Source of the DNA: an uncultured Cryomorphaceae bacterium
GTDB taxonomy: Bacteria > Bacteroidota > Bacteroidia > Flavobacteriales > Schleiferiaceae
Length of the DNA: 64,000 nt
Reading direction: 5' to 3'
Assembly (NCBI GenBank): GCA_963933975.1
Contig: CAWVWE010000006.1
Coordinates: 6,034-70,033, forward strand
The notes beneath the pieces were generated by a model. It searched no databases and was not told the origin of the DNA. It saw only the letters and a list, made by a program, of their open reading frames with translations. Shown in pieces: positions 57,098 through 64,000 of the stretch. The stretch's first letter is position 1; every line of letters starts with the position of its first letter. The translations under genes were made by a program, and so were the position numbers.

Positions 57098-57766
57098 ATG
57101 AACGAAGACGACCACATTCCTTATACGCCTTGGCCAAAATCTAATATTGAGGCCCAATCGATTTTTGTTTCTTTTTCAGAGTCCATTGTAACGCGCCGCA
57201 GTATGCGATTTTACGATGTTGCTAAGGGTGTGGACAGAGAAACTATAGAAAAAATTATTCGCATTGCATCCAGCGCTCCGTCAGGAGCGAACAAGCAGCC
57301 TTGGCATTTCGTTGCCGTTCAAGACCCTGAGGTAAAACGGCAAATCAGAGAAGCAGCTGAAAAAGAAGAAAAGGTATTTTATAAGGATCGTGCTGGTGAA
57401 AAGTGGCTTAAAGACTTGGAGCCTTTGGCAACAAATTGGCAAAAGCCGTTTTTGGAAGAGGCGCCTTGGTTGATTGTTGTCTTTCGACAGAATTACGATA
57501 TTGACGCGCTAGGTGTGAAAACCAAGAATTACTACGTACAAGAAAGTGTTGGTATTGCATGTGGATTTCTTATTGCGTCTATCCATATGGCAGGTCTCGC
57601 AACGCTGACCCACACGCCCTCTCCAATGGGATTTTTGTCGAAAATATTAGGTCGGCCTGAGAATGAAAAACCTTTTTTATTGCTTCCTGTTGGACACCCA
57701 GCAACAGATGGTACGGTGCCAAATATTCAAAGAAAGAACTTGGATGAAATCAGTGATTTTATCTGA
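57098..57766 (+). CDS. Iodotyrosine deiodinase-like flavin (nitroreductase-superfamily) halotyrosine dehalogenase
   Basis: RRSMRFY and SAPSGANKQPWHFVAVQDPEVK are present. EKEEKVFYKDRAGEKWLKDLEPLATNWQK aligns by eye with human IYD [28 protein letters not shown]. The tail LLLPVGHPATDGTVPNIQRK also aligns. Confidence 0.75.
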   Translation: MNEDDHIPYTPWPKSNIEAQSIFVSFSESIVTRRSMRFYDVAKGVDRETIEKIIRIASSAPSGANKQPWHFVAVQDPEVKRQIREAAEKEEKVFYKDRAGEKWLKDLEPLATNWQKPFLEEAPWLIVVFRQNYDIDALGVKTKNYYVQESVGIACGFLIASIHMAGLATLTHTPSPMGFLSKILGRPENEKPFLLLPVGHPATDGTVPNIQRKNLDEISDFI

Positions 57767-57790
57767 CCTTTGCTATAAATAAGTATAGAG

Positions 57791-58117
57791 ATGTTTGAGG
57801 GTGCTTCCATTCAATTTGTAGTAGATGCGGCAGAAGTTCGTGAAGAGCTGAATGCTGCTAAACTGAATTGGCCAATTATAAAAATACTGGGTACTGAGGA
57901 TGAAGAGGAGAAAGATCCTGAAGATTTAAGTATATCAAATACGGGCGTTGCCATCTATATTGACAGTATTGATCTAATATTAAAGGAGCGTGTTGAGAAG
58001 GCTAAGGAGATTGTTACGACGGTAGCGCGTATGATACAGTACTTCAATGAACGCGACGAAACGGCGGTTCTTTTTTTCCATGCCAGCTGGCAAACCTACC
58101 TCGTTAAAGAGGACTAA
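57791..58117 (+). CDS. Hypothetical acidic protein (108 aa)
   Basis: It has an ATG start 24 nt after the IYD-like gene, no recognisable motif and no signal peptide. Its 3' end overlaps the uvrC 3' end by 4 nt. Confidence 0.4.
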   Translation: MFEGASIQFVVDAAEVREELNAAKLNWPIIKILGTEDEEEKDPEDLSISNTGVAIYIDSIDLILKERVEKAKEIVTTVARMIQYFNERDETAVLFFHASWQTYLVKED

Positions 58118-59931
58118 GTCCCCGGTTGTTCAATCGTATTAAAGTGGTTTAGTAACACCTTTGACTTACGTAAGCCAAGGCATGCCTCTAGTTCCTCCGG
58201 TGTAGCAGATTTTACATTTTTAACACTCTTGAATTGTCTCATTAATAGCTTTATGCTTTCTGGGCCAATTCCCTTTATATCATCCAAAGCACTCTTGTAA
58301 GCAACTTTACTTCTTAAGTCTCTATGGTGGCTTAAACTGAACCTGTGTGCCTCGTCTCGAGCTTGTTGAATGATCTTCAAAGATTCGCTACGCTTGTCTA
58401 GGTGCAACGGATAGGGGTCGCCAGGAAAATACAATTCTTCCAGTCTTTTGGCGATTCCAATGATGGTAATCTTGCCGCGTAGCCCTAATAGTTCAAGTGC
58501 TTTTAGTGCCGCGCCTAACTGACCTTTCCCTCCGTCAATCACGATTAAGTTTGGCAGTGGTTCTCCTTCCTCCTGCAGCCGCTTGTAACGTCTATAAACG
58601 ACCTCTTCCATGCTTGCGTAATCATCAGGCCCCTCTACAGTCTTAATATTGAATTTGCGGTAATCTTTCTTAGACGGCTTGCCGTTTTTGAAGACGACAC
58701 AGGCACTCGCTGGATTGGTTCCCTGCATGTTAGAATTGTCAAAACATTCTAGATGACGGGGTTCGACGGGCATTCGTAAATCCGCCTTCATTTGAGTCAT
58801 GATACGCTTCACATGTCTTTCAGGATCGACTATTTGAATGTTTTTCAGCTTTTCCTGACGAAAGTACATGGCATTTTTAAGGCTCAATTCTACCAGCTTT
58901 CGTTTTTCTCCAATCTGAGGAACCCCAAATGCTACGCCTTCTAGTTCGAATTTCACTTGATGTGATGTGAAAACCCGCTTGGAAGTGGATCCAAACAAAT
59001 CTCTAATCTTTGGAATAGCGATGTGCAAAAAGTCTTCTGGATCTTCTTCCAGCTTCTTTTTCATTTCTACCGTGTAACTCTGTACGATGGCACCTTCAAT
59101 AATCTTCAAGTAGTTGACATAACCATACTCCGTATCCATACTTACGCTAAAGACATCTATGTTGGTCATGCTGTATCCAACGACGGTACTCTTTGCTGCA
59201 TATTTCTCTAGTGCCTTGAGCTTCTCCTTATAGCGTTGAGCCTCTTCAAACTCAAGAGCTCCAGCATGGTCATTCATGGTTTGTTTGAGGTGCTTTTTCA
59301 CTTCACCTAATTGACCTTTAATGATCTTTCTTGCAGCGTCTATGTCTGCATTGTAGTTCTCTTCTTCTTGTAGATCTTCACAAGGACCTTTGCAGTTCCC
59401 AATATGATATTCAAGACATAATTTGTACTTCCGTTTTTCAATATTATCCTCACTGAGCACGTACTTACACGTCCTTGTTGGGTACATTTGGTTGATTAGT
59501 TCGAGCACCGCTTTCATGCTCTTAATCGAAGGATATGGTCCGTAGTATTCACTACCATCTCTCACTACGTTACGGATGCCGAAAATTCGGGGAAACCGCT
59601 CATTTTTAATGGTGATATAAGGATAGGTCTTATCGTCCTTAAGGTTGATGTTATAGCGTGGTTGATGCTCTTTGATCAGGTTATTCTCAAGAAGTAGTGC
59701 GTCCCCTTCAGAATCAGTGAGGATGGTTCGAATGTCTACGATTTTTTTGACCATCACAGCTATGCGCGCGCTTGTAACGCTTTTGCTGAAGTAGGAGCTC
59801 ACTCTCTTTTTTAAATCTTTGGCTTTACCGATGTACAGAATGCCACCATCTTTATCAATATGCTGATAGACCCCTGGACTGTGAGGGAGGGACTTTAGCA
59901 AATTTTGAATATGGGTACTGTTTGATGCCAT
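58114..59931 (-). CDS. uvrC: Excinuclease ABC subunit C
   Basis: The GIY-YIG N-terminus is PGVYQHIDKDGGILYIGKAKDLKKRV. A UvrB-interacting region, an endonuclease V-like domain and a C-terminal (HhH)2 region (IKGIGPESIKLL) follow. Confidence 0.93.
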   Translation of the reverse strand: MASNSTHIQNLLKSLPHSPGVYQHIDKDGGILYIGKAKDLKKRVSSYFSKSVTSARIAVMVKKIVDIRTILTDSEGDALLLENNLIKEHQPRYNINLKDDKTYPYITIKNERFPRIFGIRNVVRDGSEYYGPYPSIKSMKAVLELINQMYPTRTCKYVLSEDNIEKRKYKLCLEYHIGNCKGPCEDLQEEENYNADIDAARKIIKGQLGEVKKHLKQTMNDHAGALEFEEAQRYKEKLKALEKYAAKSTVVGYSMTNIDVFSVSMDTEYGYVNYLKIIEGAIVQSYTVEMKKKLEEDPEDFLHIAIPKIRDLFGSTSKRVFTSHQVKFELEGVAFGVPQIGEKRKLVELSLKNAMYFRQEKLKNIQIVDPERHVKRIMTQMKADLRMPVEPRHLECFDNSNMQGTNPASACVVFKNGKPSKKDYRKFNIKTVEGPDDYASMEEVVYRRYKRLQEEGEPLPNLIVIDGGKGQLGAALKALELLGLRGKITIIGIAKRLEELYFPGDPYPLHLDKRSESLKIIQQARDEAHRFSLSHHRDLRSKVAYKSALDDIKGIGPESIKLLMRQFKSVKNVKSATPEELEACLGLRKSKVLLNHFNTIEQPGT

Positions 59932-59942
59932 CTGACAGTTAT

Positions 59943-59978
59943 AAAAAAAGGCCCGATTCCGTGGGGAGGAATCGGGCC
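59943..59978 (-). terminator. Rho-independent terminator downstream of the type B CTD gene
   Basis: The stem ggcccgattcc (59950-59960) pairs with ggaatcgggcc (59968-59978) around a 7-nt loop. On the minus strand the hairpin is followed by TTTTTTT. Confidence 0.85.
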
Positions 59979-60013
59979 CGAGTTCTCGTATTAAGAGCGT
60001 GTTATTTTATGCG

Positions 60014-62212
60014 TTATTGAGCGTCTAATATGGTGACGCTACCGGTGACAACATATTCATAATTGTCGGCCGCATTGACAAGTTCAATGGTATAGAAATA
60101 GACACCATCAGCTAGTTTAGCACCGTTTTGATTGGTACCTCTCCAAGGTGTGGAATTGTCGTATAATGGTTCACTTTGCCATACGCGATCTCCCCATCTG
60201 TTGAAGATGTTCACACGACTTAGGTCCTCATAATCTTCAACAAACCTGATGATAAATTCATCATTGATGTTGTCTGAATTTGGAGTAATAAAGTTGGGTA
60301 CTACAACGGTATCAGGAACAGGTGGAGTGGTAACAATAATAGGCAAGCAGTTCGAGTACGCCATGTACTGTGTGTCCAAAGGATTTAAAGTGCGAATACA
60401 AACACGGTATTCACCGGGCAGTAATTCAACGAACATCTGGTACGTAGTATCTGGAGCGACCACAGGGTTTTGCGGAGATCCAACATGATCATGAACGAAC
60501 TCTGTCATCCATGTTCCTGCTATTTTTTCTTGCAGAACAACTGCATAGCTATCCACTGGCCAAGCGTTATAGGTGTTCCACTGGAGGTTGATAGCATTCG
60601 TATCAGGATCTAGGATAGGGACAACACCATTATCACGTTCTAGTAATATACTGTGTGCGTCGCTGGTATTTCCCTGTAGATCATCATTAAGTTTCATGTT
60701 AACACGGTAGTCGTAACTGTCTTGGTCAACTTTGATAAAACCAATTTGATTATCCTTAAAGTCATATTTGTATTGGTTAAACACCGTACCCACTTTGTTA
60801 TAGGCAGTTGCTCCAGGATCCTTGCGGAAAATTTGCCACTCTTGGAATAGGTAATTTGGATAGGATGAAGTATCCGCACTCCATTCGACCACTGGATTTT
60901 CATCGTTTTCAATACTCACGTTTTCCAGGTCGTATACAGCGTTAAAACAACCTTGAACATTCAGTTGAATAGTATCAAACTCATTCATTGGGAAGCCACA
61001 CTTATTTAAAAGTGTATTTCCGTCATTCCCTGTCTTAGAGTACAAGAAGTACTTTCCGTTTTTAGAAAGTGGTTTGTACAGCGTGACTGTCATTTCGGTT
61101 GCTTCATTGTTGTTATCACAATTCGCAGAAAGTGACTTGATCGCCAATGGCTGACCATCTGGCTTGGTCAAACGGAAATCTGTTCCGTCTGGTGAGATAG
61201 AGCTACAATCTAACTTCACTTTAAATTTCATGGTCACGATGGTGTCCAGACAAGTGTAGTCAACCGTAGGTAGACCGTTGTCAGGATCAGGATAGATACC
61301 AGGTGATTGGTAGTCTAACTGCACACCAGCTTGTGCTAATGGCGTACAAGCAGAAGCAATTGCGATTTGCATATCACGGTTAACTTCACCAATTTTTCTC
61401 CAAACGTATAATGTTGAATCATATCTGTACTCATCAATAGTAACAGCCATAACATCAATCTCGACCGCAGATGGAGTAAATGAAATTAAACCCGTGGCAG
61501 AATTCATCGTCATGGAATTAACCGGTGAAGTTGTTATAGGCTGGTCATAAGTCCAACCCGTAGCATAGGCAAGATTTGTGCCGGCACAACTACCTGAGTT
61601 TCCACCTTTCACGTAGTCTAAACGATAAAATAATGAATCACCATCAGGCTCAATAGCACTTTGCTTCCAGTTAAATGTGCGTCCTGTACAAAACGCTCGA
61701 ACGGGCTCAGAAACAAACTCAGGCGAGGTGTTTTGACCAATCTGATTGTTCAGCTTTGCCTCAATATAAAAACCTTGCGAAGAAGGATTGGTGATATTAT
61801 CTACCGCAGGATTCCGACAACAACTAGACCAAGCAAATGTCCAATCTGGTGCATTTCCACCCAATGTTATTTCCCCTTCGTAGATGTAAACCTCAATGGT
61901 AACACCTGCGTTTGCCGCAGATACACAGTCAAATAAAGTTGGCGCTACCAATCCCGAACCAGTTTGTTGGGTACAGGTCGTAGAAGCCGTTGAGTAATTA
62001 GCGGAACAAGCATAGACTGTTATTGAAGCAGGCATGCCGATTCCCGTTGCATCGCGATAGAGTCTAGCGATGACTTTATATTTATGTGTGCCACCTGTCG
62101 AGCTGATGTATTCGTACTGAATATCACCACCAGCAAGGTGAGAAGCTTCTACTGTGTTTGACATTCCGACGAATGCAGCAGCAAAAAGTATGATTTTTAA
62201 AAAGTTCTTCAT
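60014..62212 (-). CDS. Cell-surface protein with a gliding-motility-associated (T9SS type B) C-terminal domain
   Basis: It has a signal peptide. The N-terminus SHLAGGDIQYEY...ARLYRD is typical of this family. The C-terminus VPNFITPNSDNINDEF...IFNRWGDRVW...GTNQNG...ADGVYFYTI matches the TIGR04131-type pattern. Confidence 0.8.
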   Translation of the reverse strand: MKNFLKIILFAAAFVGMSNTVEASHLAGGDIQYEYISSTGGTHKYKVIARLYRDATGIGMPASITVYACSANYSTASTTCTQQTGSGLVAPTLFDCVSAANAGVTIEVYIYEGEITLGGNAPDWTFAWSSCCRNPAVDNITNPSSQGFYIEAKLNNQIGQNTSPEFVSEPVRAFCTGRTFNWKQSAIEPDGDSLFYRLDYVKGGNSGSCAGTNLAYATGWTYDQPITTSPVNSMTMNSATGLISFTPSAVEIDVMAVTIDEYRYDSTLYVWRKIGEVNRDMQIAIASACTPLAQAGVQLDYQSPGIYPDPDNGLPTVDYTCLDTIVTMKFKVKLDCSSISPDGTDFRLTKPDGQPLAIKSLSANCDNNNEATEMTVTLYKPLSKNGKYFLYSKTGNDGNTLLNKCGFPMNEFDTIQLNVQGCFNAVYDLENVSIENDENPVVEWSADTSSYPNYLFQEWQIFRKDPGATAYNKVGTVFNQYKYDFKDNQIGFIKVDQDSYDYRVNMKLNDDLQGNTSDAHSILLERDNGVVPILDPDTNAINLQWNTYNAWPVDSYAVVLQEKIAGTWMTEFVHDHVGSPQNPVVAPDTTYQMFVELLPGEYRVCIRTLNPLDTQYMAYSNCLPIIVTTPPVPDTVVVPNFITPNSDNINDEFIIRFVEDYEDLSRVNIFNRWGDRVWQSEPLYDNSTPWRGTNQNGAKLADGVYFYTIELVNAADNYEYVVTGSVTILDAQ

Positions 62213-62299
62213 GGGTATGTGTGCTAATGGTTTTGACCTAGAATATAAATATCCGCAAATCTCGCCAGTTAAGCAACTATAATGAGCGAACGAATCGTC

Positions 62300-62911
62300 C
62301 TATTTAGATACGAGCAGGTACAGGGCGCAAAAGCCAATGATTGAGCCAGAGAAAACCTCGAACAACGTATGACGCTTTAAATAAACCCTCGCCCATCCAA
62401 CAGCGCCTGCACAGGAAGCTAATGTAATGACAACCAGTAGACTACCTTGATTGTAAAAGTCAAATAGTCTAACATACAAAGCTATAAATCCAGCGATGCC
62501 TGCCATATGAGCGCTACTTTTGAAAAAAGGCAATGCAATGGTAGAGGCAAAAACAACAATGGCACTCGCGAACACACTGTAGGTAACTTCTAAAGGTACT
62601 CCACTGCGGGCTAAGAAGTTTGCCGTCGCGAGCATACTTGCCGCAGCGGTCAGATAAGGATAAATACGTTCTTCCCTTTTGACAAGGTGAATGCTGGAAA
62701 TAATACCTGTCCATCGTAGTAAAAGCGTTCCGAGCAAGGGCCCAACATATGTTCCGAGAAAGACTATTGCGGTAACTCTAAAAACAATAGAAAAGTCGAT
62801 CACCTGAGGAACAACGAATAAAATATACACCACCCCAACGGTTGGGAGAATTCCGGGGTGGAATAGATAGCTTATTACTTGAGCGGTAATATGTTTAGGA
62901 CCTAACCTCAA
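62300..62911 (-). CDS. Integral membrane protein, possibly a degenerate PAP2-like phosphatase
   Basis: It has six predicted TM helices. SSAHMAG and RVYLKRHTLFEV weakly resemble PAP2 motifs 2 and 3. There is no ATG near the N-terminus; the only candidate is a TTG at 62911, 1 nt after the rpoN stop. Confidence 0.4.
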   Translation of the reverse strand: MRLGPKHITAQVISYLFHPGILPTVGVVYILFVVPQVIDFSIVFRVTAIVFLGTYVGPLLGTLLLRWTGIISSIHLVKREERIYPYLTAAASMLATANFLARSGVPLEVTYSVFASAIVVFASTIALPFFKSSAHMAGIAGFIALYVRLFDFYNQGSLLVVITLASCAGAVGWARVYLKRHTLFEVFSGSIIGFCALYLLVSK

Positions 62912-62912
62912 C

Positions 62913-64000
62913 CTAAAGTTCTTTTCTCATTCTCGCTACGGGGATATCGAGTTGTTCTCTGTATTTAGCCACTGTTCTGCGGGCGATAGGGTAGCCCTTT
63001 TCCTTTAGAATATTAGCCAGCGCTTCATCAGTTAATGGCTTACGTTTGTTTTCTTCGCTTACGACATCTTCCAGAATTTTCTTGATCTCTCGGGTACTGA
63101 CTTCTTCCCCATCTGAGTTTGTCATAGACTCTGAGAAGAATCGCTTAATTAAGAAGGTTCCGTAGGGCGTTTGTATGTATTTGTTTGATGCGACACGTGA
63201 GACAGTCGAAATGTCCATTCCAATTTCTTCAGCAATATCTTTTAATATCATAGGCCTAAGCTTACGCTCATCACCGGTTAAAAAATATTCCTCTTGGTAA
63301 TTTAGGATGCAACTCATGGTGAGCATCAAGGTCTGTTGCCGCTGAACAATGGCGTCAATAAACCACTTTGCACTGTCGAGTTTTTGCTTCACGAAAAGTG
63401 CTGCTTCCTTCTCTGATTTGTTTTTCTCAGTGCTTGCTTTATAATGCTCAAGCATCTCGCGATACTTACCACTTAAGCTAAGTTCCGGAGCATTTTTACC
63501 GTTCAGGGACAGCTGTAATTCGTCATCTACAATTTGCAGATTATAATCTGGAATGACATTTTCTGTTGGTCGACTCATGTTCGAAGACCCTCCCGGTTTT
63601 GGGTTTAATCGGCCTATTTCTTCAATAGCTTCTCGCAATCCCTCCTCATCTATTCCCAGCCTATCCATGAGTTTTTGATAATGACGTTTTACAAAAACAT
63701 CAAAGTATTGGTCGAGTATAGAAATAGCTAGATTTACCTTAAGAGAGGGAGTTTTGCGTTCCAATTGTATCAGTAAGCACTCTTGCAAATCACGAGCTCC
63801 AACCCCAGCGGGGTCCAGATCTTGGATCACTTGAAGCAGCCTATCTAATGTAGATTCGTCTGTGAAAACACCTTGAGAAAAGGCCAAGTCGTCTACAATA
63901 TCTTCTAGGGACCTTCGTAATAGACCATCATCGTCAATCGTCCCTACGAGGTAGATGCAAAGGTTTAAATCTTCATCATTTAGATTACGTAAATGAAGCT
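62913..64000 (-). CDS. rpoN: RNA polymerase sigma-54 factor, 5'-truncated by the window edge
   Basis: The C-terminal RpoN box is ARRTVAKYREQLDIPVARMR. An HTH (DIAEEIGMDISTVSRV) and the core-binding region are present. By my manual translation the frame stays open past the track's TTG at 63887 to base 64000 (...CIYLVGTIDDDGLLRRSLEDIVDDLAFSQ). Confidence 0.9.
   Translation of the reverse strand, partial: LHLRNLNDEDLNLCIYLVGTIDDDGLLRRSLEDIVDDLAFSQGVFTDESTLDRLLQVIQDLDPAGVGARDLQECLLIQLERKTPSLKVNLAISILDQYFDVFVKRHYQKLMDRLGIDEEGLREAIEEIGRLNPKPGGSSNMSRPTENVIPDYNLQIVDDELQLSLNGKNAPELSLSGKYREMLEHYKASTEKNKSEKEAALFVKQKLDSAKWFIDAIVQRQQTLMLTMSCILNYQEEYFLTGDERKLRPMILKDIAEEIGMDISTVSRVASNKYIQTPYGTFLIKRFFSESMTNSDGEEVSTREIKKILEDVVSEENKRKPLTDEALANILKEKGYPIARRTVAKYREQLDIPVARMRKEL

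Noticed and set aside
57098-57766. An alternative reading of the nitroreductase-fold protein as BluB (a dimethylbenzimidazole synthase) or a generic NAD(P)H nitroreductase.
   Set aside because: The lid segment carries the IYD-type Glu, Tyr and Lys residues with exact spacing, and similarity to IYD extends along the whole protein. No cobalamin-pathway genes are nearby.
1-64000. A search for CRISPR arrays, tRNA or rRNA genes, IS elements, integrases, and phage or plasmid genes.
   Set aside because: By eye I found no regularly spaced repeats, no tRNA-like T-arm (GGTTCGAATCC-type) sequences in any intergenic spacer, and no transposase or integrase-like ORFs. Coding density and gene content are those of a core chromosomal region.

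Overview
The window is a densely coding stretch of chromosome, apparently from a Bacteroidota genome, probably Flavobacteriia-like. Three things support this: several proteins carry type IX secretion (T9SS) C-terminal sorting domains, TAnnTTTG '-7' promoter boxes recur 15-30 nt upstream of first-in-operon ATGs, and functional Shine-Dalgarno sites are absent. I call about 56 CDSs and find no rRNA, tRNA, CRISPR array, IS element, integrase or prophage remnant.

Most of the content is core housekeeping:
- purQ, asd, msrA, and fabH-accB-accC
- yceD-rpmF, pdxA, pepA, ribE, and gmk-nadD
- yicC, dut, gpsA, uvrC and rpoN
- a complete aerobic heme pathway in one divergon: hemA, a hemC/D fusion, hemE, hemF, hemB and hemL on the minus strand, facing araC-hemH-hemY on the plus strand
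- a conserved envelope cluster: TPR protein, DUF4292-like lipoprotein, EnvC-like M23 protein, nucleotidyltransferase, dut and flippase

I do not see a clear-cut novel defence or mobile system. The candidates most worth a second look are:
1. A translationally coupled five-gene cassette at 51.9-57.1 kb. It encodes a LolA-like carrier, two MacB/LolCE-type permeases, an ATPase and an AlgE-like beta-barrel.
2. An iodotyrosine-deiodinase homologue that follows that cassette directly and keeps the E/Y/K substrate triad.
3. An AraC regulator with a Cys-Pro heme-regulatory-like motif, translationally coupled to ferrochelatase.
4. A 121-aa Arg/Asn/Lys-rich extension in frame with PdxA.
5. A SprB-repeat T9SS cargo gene coupled to a PorQ/PorV-like barrel gene, followed by the window's only large AT-rich non-coding region.

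All family assignments come from motif recognition by eye. No searches were run.
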